A stretch of DNA of 39,996 nucleotides from IMG/VR virus record IMGVR_UViG_3300034523_000094, positions 1 through 39,996 of that record. The stretch is one strand, 5' to 3'. A program made the translations under genes and the position numbers. The notes below the pieces were generated by a model. It was not told the origin of the DNA. It did not search any database and saw only the letters and a list, made by a program, of their open reading frames with translations. The DNA is from a virus. Positions 1-9,179 of this stretch are shown piece after piece (position 1 is the stretch's first letter; each line of letters begins with the position of its first letter).

Positions 1-127
1 TCACGGGTGTGAAACTCGCGGGCTTCGCGCGGGTTTGGATCCGCGAGTCGGGTCCGTTCTTCCTTTCTCGAGGCCCTGCCGGCCTGCTTCGCTCGGCTGA
101 CCCCGCAGCCAGTCACGGCGGGGCCTC
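1..127. repeat. Terminal 127-bp sequence identical to 39870..39996 (contig-end overlap, implying a closed or circularised assembly)
   Basis: Read directly: tcacgggtgtgaaactcgcggg...cacggcggggcctc occurs at both ends of the window. Confidence 0.9.
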
Positions 128-148
128 GACCCTATTCCGCAGAGGATC

Positions 149-184
149 AAAACCGCATCAGTTCAAAAGGACTTATGCGGTTTT
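149..184 (+). promoter_or_regulatory. Inverted repeat AAAACCGCAT / ATGCGGTTTT (10-bp arms, 16-nt loop) just upstream of the small terminase gene. Could be a terminator-like hairpin or part of the packaging site.
   Basis: The arms at 149-158 and 175-184 are perfectly complementary, flanked by an A-run and a T-run. Confidence 0.3.
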
Positions 185-220
185 GCGCTTTTGTTCCTTG
201 GTTCCTTTGGTCCTTTCTCC
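181..220 (-). repeat. 8-bp-periodic array, five units on the minus strand: GGAGAAAG GACCAAAG GAACCAAG GAACAAAA GCGCAAAA
   Basis: Read from the sequence. Same unit family as the arrays at 27632, 33946, 34988 and 37741. Confidence 0.5.
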
Positions 221-222
221 CC

Positions 223-792
223 ATGGGCAAGATCGTCAGCAAGAAGGAACTCGGCGAGCTGATCGGCAAGTCGCCGCGCTGGATCTCGAAACTTATCGAC
301 GACGGCCTGCCGGTTTCCGGTGGCGGTGGTCGTGGCGTCGAGGTGCAGATCGACAGCGAGGCCGCGATCGAGTGGCTGATCTCCCGCGCCGTTCGCCAGG
401 AGCTCGGCGACGACGAAGACGAGGAGGGGCTCGCCTCTGCCTCGACCGAGGATCGCCTGCTCAAGCGCGCGCGCCGCGAAAAGCTGCAGCTCGAGATCGA
501 CCAGACGCGCGGCCGGCTCCTGCCTGCCGACACCGTCTCGCAGATCCTGGTCAGCGTCGCGGCCGTTTATGCAACTCAACTCGACGCGCTGCCTAGCCGC
601 TGCGCTGCCGATCTGGCGGTGATCGATGACCCTGCCACCATCCGAGCTCGAGTATTTGAAGAAACGCGGCGTATCCGCGCAGCTACTGCCGACCGCCTCG
701 AACGTCGCGCACGCGAGCTCGTTGCGGACGTTGACCACCTCGATCAGCTACGCGGCGAAGATGGTGCAGGCGCCGCCGCCGAGGACGGCTGA
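223..792 (+). CDS. Terminase small subunit, lambda Nu1-like
   Basis: The N-terminus KKELGELIGKSPRWISKLIDDGLPVSGGGGRGVEVQIDSEAAIEWL matches the remembered lambda Nu1 HTH and GGGKG.EV.YDS motif. The ATG at 223 is in frame within ORF 175..792. It sits immediately upstream of the large terminase gene. Confidence 0.8.
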   Translation: MGKIVSKKELGELIGKSPRWISKLIDDGLPVSGGGGRGVEVQIDSEAAIEWLISRAVRQELGDDEDEEGLASASTEDRLLKRARREKLQLEIDQTRGRLLPADTVSQILVSVAAVYATQLDALPSRCAADLAVIDDPATIRARVFEETRRIRAATADRLERRARELVADVDHLDQLRGEDGAGAAAEDG

Positions 793-2746
793 CCAGTGGG
801 CGGCCGACAAGCGCATCATGCCGCCGAGCGCGCCGATCCCCGGGCCGTTCAACCCTGACACCAACCCCTATATGCGCCCGGTCGCCTGGGCGTTCGCGCA
901 GCCCTGCTTTTCCCGCGTAACCTTCGTCATGGGCACGCAGATGGGCAAGTCGGTGACGATGGAAAACATCATCGGCCACCGGCTCGACGAGGATCCGACG
1001 CCCTGCCTGTACGTTGCCCCGACCAAGCCGCTGATCGATGGCACGGTCGAGCCCAAATTCATGGCCATGTTCGGCGAGTGCGAGTCGCTCGCGGCGAAGT
1101 ACGAAGGGCGCAGCACGAAAACGGTCAAGTGGCTGGGCGGTACCAAGTTCCGTTTCGCCTGGGCCGGCTCGCCGACCGAGCTCGCCGCCGACTCTGCCGG
1201 CCTGGTGATGGTCGACGAGGTCGATCGCATCGTAAACACGGGCGAAGGTGACACGACCGAAATCATCGAGGCGCGGGGCGATGCCTACGCCGACTCGAAA
1301 ATCGGTTACACCGCCACGCCCACGCACGGCAAGATCGAGCGCCGGCCAGACGAACGCACCGGCCTGTGGCATTGGGTCGTTGCCGAGGCGAAAAAAGTCG
1401 GCTCGAAGGTCTGGCAGCTCTGGCAATCGGGCACCCGCCACGAGTGGGCGGTGCCGTGCCCCGAGTGCGGCGAATACTTCGTGCCCTGGTCGGGCCTGCT
1501 CTGGTGGCCCGGCAAGGGCTCGGCCGAGGAGTGCACGCCCGACGAGGCCTTCAAGCATGCGCGGCTGACCTGTCCCTGCAACGGCTGCATGATCGAGGAC
1601 AAGTGGCGCCCCTGGATGAATGCTCGGGGCGTGCCGGTTGCCCCCGGCGAGTCGATCAGCAAGAAGGGCCAGATCCTCGGCACCGCTGACACGGCCGGGT
1701 TTACTCACTACTCGATATGGGTCTCGGGCCTGTGCAGCTTCGCCGTCAAGAAGTCCTATGGCTTCCTGGCCAAGAAGCTGCTGGCCGCCCTGATCGATGG
1801 CGACCCGGCCAAGTTGCTGGCCGTCTACAACACGGGTTTCGGCGAGTGCTACGCCGAGGCGGGCGACGCCCCAAGCTGGGAGGAGGTTCGCGCGCAATGC
1901 TTTGGCTACGCCGCCGCCGAGCTGCTGCACGAGCCCCTGCGGATCTACTGCACGATCGACGTGCAGAAAAACCGCCTGGTGTACGTCGTGCGCGCCTGGT
2001 TCGCCGGCCTCGGCTCGATGCTCCTCGAGCACGGCGAGCTGTGGGGCGAGACCGATCAGGATGCCGTATGGGACCAGCTGTCCGAGCTGATCGATACCGA
2101 ATACGGTGACGGTCACGGCATCAGCCTGACGGGCATCGATATCGGCTATCGCGACGACCAGGTCTACAAGTTCATCAACGAGCACAAGGGGCGAGCCATC
2201 GCCCTGCGCGGCCGGGAGAAGCTCGACAAACCGTTCCGCAAGGAGCTGGTCGAGCAGGACAAGAAGGGCAAAACCCGCAAGCGCGGCGATGCCCGCTGGG
2301 CGTTCGATTCGCCCCTCGCAAAGCGCTGGGTGCATAGCCGTTTCGGCCGGCCGGATACCCGGCCCGGCTGGTGGCTGCTGCATCAGCAAGTCACCGACGA
2401 CTACTGCAAGCAGCTGGTCGGCGAGGAGTGGCGCGAAAGCGAGGGCCGTTTCCACCAGGTCGGCGAAAACCATTACCTCGACTGTGAGGCGATGCAGTAC
2501 ATCCTCGCCCTGCGCGACAAGCTGCAGCGCCGCAAGGTCGGCGCCCTGACCCGTGCCGAGCTCGTCGCCCTGGTCAAGGGTGGCCAGCCCGTTGCGGATC
2601 CGCAGCCCGCGCCGGTGGATGCCGACCAGGAGGAGGGCGACGACACCCCGCCACCTGCGCCCCGGTCGCCAGCCCCTGCAGAGCCACCGAAACCACGGGC
2701 CAAGGCCCGTCCCCGCGTGAAGATCATCCGCAAATCACCCCGGTGA
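761..2746 (+). CDS. Terminase large subunit, lambda gpA family
   Basis: Roughly 660-aa ORF with gpA-like organisation, a Walker-like GTQMGKS, and a Cys-rich segment CPECGEYF...CPCNGC. The ATG at 761 overlaps the end of the small subunit gene. The start codon choice is uncertain (the ORF is open from 626). Confidence 0.85.
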   Translation: MVQAPPPRTADQWAADKRIMPPSAPIPGPFNPDTNPYMRPVAWAFAQPCFSRVTFVMGTQMGKSVTMENIIGHRLDEDPTPCLYVAPTKPLIDGTVEPKFMAMFGECESLAAKYEGRSTKTVKWLGGTKFRFAWAGSPTELAADSAGLVMVDEVDRIVNTGEGDTTEIIEARGDAYADSKIGYTATPTHGKIERRPDERTGLWHWVVAEAKKVGSKVWQLWQSGTRHEWAVPCPECGEYFVPWSGLLWWPGKGSAEECTPDEAFKHARLTCPCNGCMIEDKWRPWMNARGVPVAPGESISKKGQILGTADTAGFTHYSIWVSGLCSFAVKKSYGFLAKKLLAALIDGDPAKLLAVYNTGFGECYAEAGDAPSWEEVRAQCFGYAAAELLHEPLRIYCTIDVQKNRLVYVVRAWFAGLGSMLLEHGELWGETDQDAVWDQLSELIDTEYGDGHGISLTGIDIGYRDDQVYKFINEHKGRAIALRGREKLDKPFRKELVEQDKKGKTRKRGDARWAFDSPLAKRWVHSRFGRPDTRPGWWLLHQQVTDDYCKQLVGEEWRESEGRFHQVGENHYLDCEAMQYILALRDKLQRRKVGALTRAELVALVKGGQPVADPQPAPVDADQEEGDDTPPPAPRSPAPAEPPKPRAKARPRVKIIRKSPR

Positions 2747-2749
2747 CCC

Positions 2750-3265
2750 ATGGAACCGACCACCCTACACGCCGGCGACTCGGTCGCCTGGTCGCGTGAC
2801 GTGCCCGCCTGCCCGTCTGCTGACGGCTGGGCGCTGGTGTACGTCTTCAGTGGCCCCGAGCGGCACGAGGTCGCGGCGATCGCCGCTGCCCCGTACCGCG
2901 TCGAGCTCTCGGCCGGTACCACGGCAACGTGGGCGCCCGGGCTCTACCGCTGGGTCGCGCTGGCCGCCAAGGGCGACGAGCGCCTGACGGTGGCCAAGGG
3001 CACGCTGCAGGTCGACCCGAACCTCGCCACGGCCGAACCGAGCGACGTGCGCAGCCACGCGCAGCGCATGCTCGCCCTGATCGAAGCCGCGCTCGAGAAG
3101 CGGATCCCCAAGGATCAGCAGAGCTACGAGATCGACGGCCAGCGCCTTGACCGGATCCCGATCGAGCGACTCAACGAGCTGCGCCTGCAGTACCGCCGCG
3201 AGGCGGCGCGCGAGCGCAACCGCCGATGGCCACTCGGCCGCCCGGTGCATTTCATTCTGAGGTAA
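2750..3265 (+). CDS. Head-tail joining protein with a lambda gpW-like C-terminal region and an N-terminal extension
   Basis: It lies between terminase and portal, as gpW does in lambda. The C-terminal YEIDGQRLDRIPIERLNELRLQY...GRPVHFIL resembles the gpW segment DGRRVEFT...GPAGFYV. Confidence 0.4.
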   Translation: MEPTTLHAGDSVAWSRDVPACPSADGWALVYVFSGPERHEVAAIAAAPYRVELSAGTTATWAPGLYRWVALAAKGDERLTVAKGTLQVDPNLATAEPSDVRSHAQRMLALIEAALEKRIPKDQQSYEIDGQRLDRIPIERLNELRLQYRREAARERNRRWPLGRPVHFILR

Positions 3266-3269
3266 GCCT

Positions 3270-4790
3270 ATGAACCCGCTAAGCCGCCTAATGGCGCGCC
3301 TGGGCTGGGGTGGCGAGCGCACGCCTGCCGCCGATGCCAGCACCGCACGGCGGGAGCCGACCGTCGGCCGTCGAGGCTTCAAGATGGCCAGCGCTGGCGG
3401 GCTGACGAAGGCCTGGTCGCGTCGCTCGAGTGGCGCCGATGCCAACCAGCTGATCTACGGCGACCACGAGACGCTGCGACAGCGCGCCCGCGAGCAGTCG
3501 ATCAACGCCTCGCCGCTCAAGCGCTTCTATCGCCTGCTGCGGCAGAACGTCATCGGCCCCTACGGCATCCGCCTGCAGTCAAAGGCCGTGCTGCCCGATG
3601 GCAAGCCCGACCGCATCACCCGCCGGCTGATCGAGAAGGAATGGGCCAAGTTCTGCCGCAAGGGCGTTTTCGACGTCACCGGCCGCTACAGCTTCGTTTC
3701 GTTTTCCTGGCTCTGGATCGAGACCCTGGCCCGCGACGGCGAGGTGCTTGTGCGCCTGCTGCGCAACTGGCCGAACCGTTGGGGCTTCGCGGTGCAGATC
3801 CTCGAGGCCGATCGGCTGGATCTCAACCTTAACCAGGAACTCGACAACGGCAACCGCATCCGCATGGGCGTCGAGCTCGACGCCTGGGAGCGCCCGGTCG
3901 CCTACTGGCTGCTCAAGTACCACCCCGGCGACGTCTATCACGGCCCGGTCGAGGAGAAGTACGAGCGGATCCCGGCCGACGAGCTGATCCATAGCTTCGA
4001 CCCGTGGCGCCCGCACCAGGTGCGTGGCTTCACCTGGACCCATGCCGCCGCGCTGGATCTGCACCACCTCGAGGAGTTTCGCCAGGCGACGCGGATCAAG
4101 GCCGAGCATGCGGCCAAGATCACCGGCTTCTATGAGCCCGACGCCGAATGGCTCGACCCGCCCAACGACGACGAAGACGACGTCGGTGCGATCTACGAGG
4201 AAGTCGAGGCCGGTACCGCCCGGGCGCTGCCCTACGGCTACAAGTACCGCGAGCTCAACCACAACACGCCCGGGAGCGACTTCGCCCCCTTCGTCAAAGA
4301 CACCCTGCGCAGCGCCGCCGGTGGCCTGGGGCCGAGCTACAACCGGCTTTCCAACGACCTCGAGGGCGTGAGCTTCTCGAGCCTGCGCGACGGCACGCTC
4401 GACGAGCGCGACTTCTACAAGTGCGTGCAGGAGCTGGTTATCAGCGAGCTGCTCGAGCGCCTCGGCGAAACCTGGTTCGAGTGCGCCCTGCTCAAGGGCG
4501 CCTTGCAGATCCCGCCCCGGGATCTGGCTCGCAGCAGCGAGCAGGCCTGGCAGCCACGTGGCTGGGATTGGGTCGACCCGCTGAAAGACAGCAAATCGGC
4601 CACCGAGTCGATCGGCAACCGCACCAAGTCGCGCAGTTCGTACATCCGCGCCAATGGCGACGACCCCGACGAGATTTTCGCCGAGCTGGCCGACGAGGCC
4701 GAGCGCCTGCGCGAGCTGGGTCTGCTCGCTGAACCCCAACCAACCGAGGAACCCGACGATGCCAAACCCGACGGCACCGACGACGAATAG
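3270..4790 (+). CDS. Portal protein, lambda (gpB) family
   Basis: 506 aa, in the position after terminase and gpW, with an acidic C-terminus. A GAGG RBS precedes the ATG. Confidence 0.8.
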   Translation: MNPLSRLMARLGWGGERTPAADASTARREPTVGRRGFKMASAGGLTKAWSRRSSGADANQLIYGDHETLRQRAREQSINASPLKRFYRLLRQNVIGPYGIRLQSKAVLPDGKPDRITRRLIEKEWAKFCRKGVFDVTGRYSFVSFSWLWIETLARDGEVLVRLLRNWPNRWGFAVQILEADRLDLNLNQELDNGNRIRMGVELDAWERPVAYWLLKYHPGDVYHGPVEEKYERIPADELIHSFDPWRPHQVRGFTWTHAAALDLHHLEEFRQATRIKAEHAAKITGFYEPDAEWLDPPNDDEDDVGAIYEEVEAGTARALPYGYKYRELNHNTPGSDFAPFVKDTLRSAAGGLGPSYNRLSNDLEGVSFSSLRDGTLDERDFYKCVQELVISELLERLGETWFECALLKGALQIPPRDLARSSEQAWQPRGWDWVDPLKDSKSATESIGNRTKSRSSYIRANGDDPDEIFAELADEAERLRELGLLAEPQPTEEPDDAKPDGTDDE

Positions 4791-6669
4791 CGGCGCCCCG
4801 GCGCCCGTTCTGCGGCAGATCGAGGGCAAGCAGCTGCAGCGCTCGCTCGCCGTCGATCTGTCGACCATCGACAAGGAGGCCCGCACCGTCGAGGTCGCGG
4901 TTTCCAGCGAATACCCGGTGCGCCGGTGGTTCGGCATGGAAGTGCTCGACCACTCCGACGAGGCGGTCGATCTGACCCGCTTGCGCGCCGGCGCGCCCTT
5001 CCTGCTGCAGCACAACAGCTGGAACGGGCAGATCGGCGTCGTCGACGAGGCCTGGCTCGACAGCGATCGCAAGTTGCGCGCGCGGATCCGCTTCTCGCGC
5101 AGCGAACGCGCCGAGGAGATCTGGCAGGACGTGATCGACGGCATCCGCCGGAATATCTCGGTCGGCTACATCCCCGTCGAAATGGTCCTCGAGCGCAGCG
5201 AAAACGGCCTCGATCACTACCGCGTCACCCGCTGGGAGCCCTACGAGGTTTCCAGCGTTTCCATCCCTGCCGACCCGACCGTCGGGGTAGGGCGTTCCGC
5301 CCCTGAAACACCCTCTCACACCATCACCATTCGAGGTATCGAAATGCCCCAGCCGAACGATCCGAACGACGGTCAGCGCACCAATCCGACCGCCACCACC
5401 ACCACCAACGGCACCGACCCGGTAGCCCTCGAGCGTCAGCGCGTGGCCGACCTGATGGCCCTCGGCGATCAGTTCCCGGCGCACCGCGCGCTGGCGTCCG
5501 AAGCCATCACCGCCGGTCACTCGGTTGACCAGTTGCGCGCGCAGCTGCTCGAGCGCCACAAGCCTGTCGCGACCAGCACCCCGCCGGCGCAGCCAGGCGC
5601 CCGCGAGCTGCCGAAATTCACGCAGGACGTATCGGCTCGCGCCATGGGCCTGACCGAGCGGGAAGTCGGCGAATACTCGCTGATGCGCGCCATGAACGCC
5701 TACGCCGAGAACGACTGGAGCAAGGCGGGCCTCGAGCGCGAGGTCAGCATCGCCCTGGGCGACCACCTCAAGAAGGAAGCGCGCGGTTTCTACGTGCCGC
5801 ACGACCTGCTGCTCGAGGGCTACAAACGCGGCATGAACAAGACCGAAGCCGGCAAGGGTGGCGAGCTGGTGGCCACTGACCTGCGCCTCGACCAGTTCGT
5901 CGACATCCTGCGCAACCGCACCGTGATGGCCAAGCTGGGCATGCGCATGCTGGGCGGCCTGGTGGGCGACCTGGACATTCCGAAGAAGCTCAACGGCAGC
6001 AACTTCTACTGGCTGGGCGAGGGTGAGAACGTCACCCCGAGCGACTTCGACCTGACCACCATCCCGCTGTCGCCGAAGACCATCGCCGGCGCGATCCCGG
6101 TCACCCGCAAGCTGCGCAAGCAGGCCAGCCGCTCGATCGAGTCGCTGATCATCGGCGACCTGGTCGACGGCATCGGCGTGGCCATCGACCTGGCGCTGCT
6201 GACCGGCACCGGCGTCGATAACCAGATCCTCGGCCTGCTGAACATGGCCGGCGTTCCGACCCTCAACTTCCCGAGCACCGGGATTGATTGGGATACGGTC
6301 GTCGACATGGAGACCAACGCGGCGACTTTCAACGTCGACAGCGGCTCGCTGGCCTACCTGACCAGCGTCACGCAGCGCGGCAAGGCCAAGAAGAAGGAAG
6401 TCTTCGCCGGTACCGGCGAGCGCCTGTGGGACAAGGGTAACGAGGTCAACGGCTACCACGCCGAGGCCACCAACCAGATGCCGGCCGACAAGTGGGTCTA
6501 TGGCGACTTCTCGCAGATGATCCTCGGCATGTGGGGCGTGCTGGACCTCAAGCCCGACCCGTATGCCCTGGCTGGCAGCGACGGCCTGATGCTGCGCGTA
6601 TTCCAAGACGTCGACGCCGGCATCCGCCGCAAAGAGGCCTTCTGCATCGCCAACAAGGCAGCAGGCTAA
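4759..6669 (+). CDS. Prohead protease (HK97 / U35-S78 type) and HK97-fold major capsid protein in one reading frame
   Basis: The N-terminal part (EARTVEVAVSSEYPV...WEPYEVSSVSIPADP) looks like an HK97-family prohead protease. The C-terminal part (GGELVATDL...FVDILRNRTVMAKLG...IPVTRKL...) looks like an HK97-family capsid protein. There is no stop codon between them. An in-frame internal ATG at 5344 has a GAGG RBS. Confidence 0.75.
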   Translation: MPNPTAPTTNSGAPAPVLRQIEGKQLQRSLAVDLSTIDKEARTVEVAVSSEYPVRRWFGMEVLDHSDEAVDLTRLRAGAPFLLQHNSWNGQIGVVDEAWLDSDRKLRARIRFSRSERAEEIWQDVIDGIRRNISVGYIPVEMVLERSENGLDHYRVTRWEPYEVSSVSIPADPTVGVGRSAPETPSHTITIRGIEMPQPNDPNDGQRTNPTATTTTNGTDPVALERQRVADLMALGDQFPAHRALASEAITAGHSVDQLRAQLLERHKPVATSTPPAQPGARELPKFTQDVSARAMGLTEREVGEYSLMRAMNAYAENDWSKAGLEREVSIALGDHLKKEARGFYVPHDLLLEGYKRGMNKTEAGKGGELVATDLRLDQFVDILRNRTVMAKLGMRMLGGLVGDLDIPKKLNGSNFYWLGEGENVTPSDFDLTTIPLSPKTIAGAIPVTRKLRKQASRSIESLIIGDLVDGIGVAIDLALLTGTGVDNQILGLLNMAGVPTLNFPSTGIDWDTVVDMETNAATFNVDSGSLAYLTSVTQRGKAKKKEVFAGTGERLWDKGNEVNGYHAEATNQMPADKWVYGDFSQMILGMWGVLDLKPDPYALAGSDGLMLRVFQDVDAGIRRKEAFCIANKAAG

Positions 6670-6739
6670 CCGAACCTGAAAGCGGGCAGGTAGGGGGCTC
6701 CGGCCCCCGTTTTTGACCGCATCACAAGGAACCAACCCC

Positions 6740-7177
6740 ATGAGCAAGCAACTGCCCACGAGTTACATCGTGGTGACGCTGCTCGGCCTGAGCGTGCACG
6801 GCGAGTTTGTACCCGCCGAAACCACGCTCAAGGTCGACCGCGCGCTGCGCAACGACTGGATCGGCTCGAAGCTGGCCCGCGACGCCACCGACGAGGAGGT
6901 CGCCGCCTATCGCGCCGAGCAGGGCGACGACGGCCTCGACGGGCTGGACGAGCAGCGCACCACCCTCGAGGCCGAAATCGAGCGCCTGCAGGCGCGCAAG
7001 AACGAGCTGGCCGGTGATCTCAAGGCGCTGGAAAGCGACCTCGAGGAGTTCGGCAAGCAACGCGACGAGCTGACCGAGGAGGTCAAGGAGCTGACCGCCG
7101 AAGTCGCCGCGCTGGAAAAGGCCAAGGCTGCAGCCGCTGAGCCGGCCGCCACCGACGCCAAGGCCGGCAAGAAGTGA
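6740..7177 (+). CDS. Hypothetical head-associated coiled-coil protein
   Basis: An AAGGA RBS precedes the ATG at 6740. The C-terminal half is E/K/L/A-rich (coiled-coil-like). It follows the capsid gene. Confidence 0.5.
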   Translation: MSKQLPTSYIVVTLLGLSVHGEFVPAETTLKVDRALRNDWIGSKLARDATDEEVAAYRAEQGDDGLDGLDEQRTTLEAEIERLQARKNELAGDLKALESDLEEFGKQRDELTEEVKELTAEVAALEKAKAAAAEPAATDAKAGKK

Positions 7178-7551
7178 TCGGCGCCGACGACCTCGACGCG
7201 CTCTACGACCCCGACGAGTTCGGCTGCACCGTGCAGGTGATCGAGCCGGGGCGGGAGGCGCGCACGGTCAACGGCATGCTGGGAGCGCCGGCCCGTTCGG
7301 GTCGGCAGTACCGCTCGGGCGTGGATCCGAACGCGGCGAACCTGCGCGTGAAAGGCGACCAGGTGCTGCTGCAGATGGCCACCCCGGCGGTGCCGCAGGA
7401 CCGGACGGCGAAGATCGTCGTCGACGGGGTCGAGTATTCCGTCGGCAACGTCGAGCCGCTCGGCCGCCTGCGCTCGCTGTTAACCCTCGTGCCGTATGGC
7501 AACCGAGCAGCACCTGCAGGGGAGCGGGGCAGATGGCAGGCTTCGAGCTGA
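7174..7551 (+). CDS. Putative head-tail connector / head completion protein
   Basis: Assigned from its position in the head-tail joining block, translational overlap with its neighbours (GTGA), and size of 125 aa. Confidence 0.35.
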   Translation: MIGADDLDALYDPDEFGCTVQVIEPGREARTVNGMLGAPARSGRQYRSGVDPNAANLRVKGDQVLLQMATPAVPQDRTAKIVVDGVEYSVGNVEPLGRLRSLLTLVPYGNRAAPAGERGRWQASS

Positions 7552-8057
7552 ACTTCGAGGTGGACGGCTGGGCGTCGGTCGACAAGGCCATCGCCGATAT
7601 GCCGCGCCGCCTCGACCTGGCCGCCGCCCGCGCCTTGCGCAAAACGGCGCTGTGGCTGCGCACGCACAGTTCGCGGGAGATCTCCCGCGAGCTGCGCATC
7701 ACGCAGAGCCCCATCCGCCACCGTTACCAGATCCACAGCCGATCCACCGCCAAGGAGGTGAAGCTGTGGGTCGGTCTGCGACCGATCAGCGTGCATTACC
7801 TGGGCACGCCCAAGCAGACCCCGACCGGCGTCGCGGTCGGTCATCGCCAATACGACGCCGCCTTCATATCACCGATGCGATCGACGCAGCGCCTGGTTTT
7901 CCGGCGCAAGGGCCGCGAGCGCCTGCCGATCGAGAAGGTGACCGAGGCTTGGGAAGGCGAAGGCCTCGGCGCCCTCGAGCGCTGGGAGCGCCGCGCCAAC
8001 AATCGATTCATGGAGCTGTTCGAGCAGGAGGCCCGTTATGTCCTCGAGGCCGCTTAA
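7533..8057 (+). CDS. Tail completion protein, lambda gpZ-like
   Basis: ELNFEVDGW...ALRKTALWLRTHSSREISRELRI...RQYDAAFI...LVFRRKGRERLPIEKV resembles the remembered layout of lambda minor tail protein Z. Confidence 0.45.
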   Translation: MAGFELNFEVDGWASVDKAIADMPRRLDLAAARALRKTALWLRTHSSREISRELRITQSPIRHRYQIHSRSTAKEVKLWVGLRPISVHYLGTPKQTPTGVAVGHRQYDAAFISPMRSTQRLVFRRKGRERLPIEKVTEAWEGEGLGALERWERRANNRFMELFEQEARYVLEAA

Positions 8058-8565
8058 TCAGCTGTCAGACCTGTTCTTCGCCATCGGTGATGCCGTCCAC
8101 GCTGCTGGGCTGGGCGTCAGCGTGGCCAATTACGACGAGTTTGACGGCAAGGTCGGCGATGCCACCGTGCTGATCGAGCTCGAGCGCACCACCCCGGCCA
8201 CCCGGCACAACGACGGGCGCTACGTGCACGACGTCACCGTCACCCTGCACGCGGTCGTGGCCCGGTGGCGCAAGTACGCCAACCTCGAGGCGATCAACCT
8301 CGCGACCGCCCTCGAGCGCCTGGCCGACTGCAACCGTTGGGGCTTCCACGGGCGCCAGTGCAACTACCCCGAGGATCTGCACAGCGGCCCCTCGATATTC
8401 CAGCGCGGCGCCGACGGATACGACGCCTGGGGCGTCACCTTCCGGCAGCGCCTGGCGATCGGCGAGGTCGAGCCCGAGCCGACCCTCAACACCGCCCCGC
8501 TCGTGGCCTTCACCTGGCGGGTGGATCCTGACGATCCGGCGAACTACCAACCGCTCGAGGTGTAA
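8038..8565 (+). CDS. Hypothetical virion morphogenesis protein
   Basis: 175-aa ORF overlapping the neighbouring genes in the connector block. No motif recognised. Confidence 0.4.
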   Translation: MSSRPLNQLSDLFFAIGDAVHAAGLGVSVANYDEFDGKVGDATVLIELERTTPATRHNDGRYVHDVTVTLHAVVARWRKYANLEAINLATALERLADCNRWGFHGRQCNYPEDLHSGPSIFQRGADGYDAWGVTFRQRLAIGEVEPEPTLNTAPLVAFTWRVDPDDPANYQPLEV

Positions 8566-8567
8566 CG

Positions 8568-9179
8568 ATGTTCGACGCCATTCTGCGGGTCCACCTGGCG
8601 CCGCTGATCGAGCGTCTGGCCGAACTCGAGACGGAAATCGAAGACCTGCGCCGGCGCGCCGAGAATCACAACCGCATCGGCACCGTGGCCGCCGTGGATC
8701 CGGCGGCCGGGCGCTGCCGGGTGAGCCATGGCGAGCTGCTGTCGCCGTGGATCCGCTACTTCAACCCCAGCGCCGGCGAGGTCAGCGAGACGCGCCACCC
8801 GAGCGCGGGCGAGCAATGCCTGCTGATCAACTTCGGCGCCGGTGACGGCAGCGCGCAGAGCGTGGCCCTGACGGGCATCCCCTCGGGCGCCTTCCCGCCG
8901 GTCTCCGATCGCGGCGAACTGCACCGGCGCACCTATCCCGACGGCGCCGAAAGCACCTATGACCACGCCGCCCACGCGCAGGCCTGGGAAAACGGTCCGA
9001 CCACGATCAAGCACGACCGCGACGGCATCGAGCTGCTGAGCAATGGCTCCGGCATCCGGATCGACGCTAGCGGCGTGCACCTGGTCGGGCCGCTCGTCGA
9101 TCACGACGGCAAGAACATCGGCAAGGATCACCAGCACCTGAACTCGGGCGGCCCGAGCATCGGCGGGGTACCAGCATGA
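8568..9179 (+). CDS. Baseplate assembly protein V (spike), P2 gpV-like
   Basis: An N-terminal coiled segment, then IGTVAAVDPAAGRCRVSHG...LSPWIRY, typical of gpV. It is followed by gpW and gpJ homologues. Confidence 0.75.
   Translation: MFDAILRVHLAPLIERLAELETEIEDLRRRAENHNRIGTVAAVDPAAGRCRVSHGELLSPWIRYFNPSAGEVSETRHPSAGEQCLLINFGAGDGSAQSVALTGIPSGAFPPVSDRGELHRRTYPDGAESTYDHAAHAQAWENGPTTIKHDRDGIELLSNGSGIRIDASGVHLVGPLVDHDGKNIGKDHQHLNSGGPSIGGVPA

Noticed and set aside
1-127. The 127-bp end duplication read as a biological direct terminal repeat
   Set aside because: Its length equals a common assembler k-mer size, and the terminase is of the cos type. I treated it as an assembly overlap, although only read-level data can settle this.
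117-131. GGCGGGGCCTCGACC as a lambda-like cosN
   Set aside because: The similarity to GGGCGGCGACCT is only compositional. There is no supporting symmetric nicking-site context, so no cos call was made.
9-596. 195-aa ORF starting in the terminal repeat and running through the small terminase gene in another frame
   Set aside because: It has an Arg-rich, low-complexity translation. It crosses the non-coding packaging region and hairpins and conflicts with the Nu1-like gene.
4492-6759. Very long antisense ORFs opposite recognisable phage genes: 683..2473, 3579..5144, 4492..6759, 12196..14448, 17351..18643, 19822..22611 and 22639..24159 (all minus strand), and 24619..25335 (plus strand)
   Set aside because: These are typical high-GC artefacts. 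Their translations are Arg/Ala/Gly/Pro-rich and low in complexity, they lack RBSs, and each lies opposite a gene with clear phage-family similarity and operon-consistent start/stop coupling.
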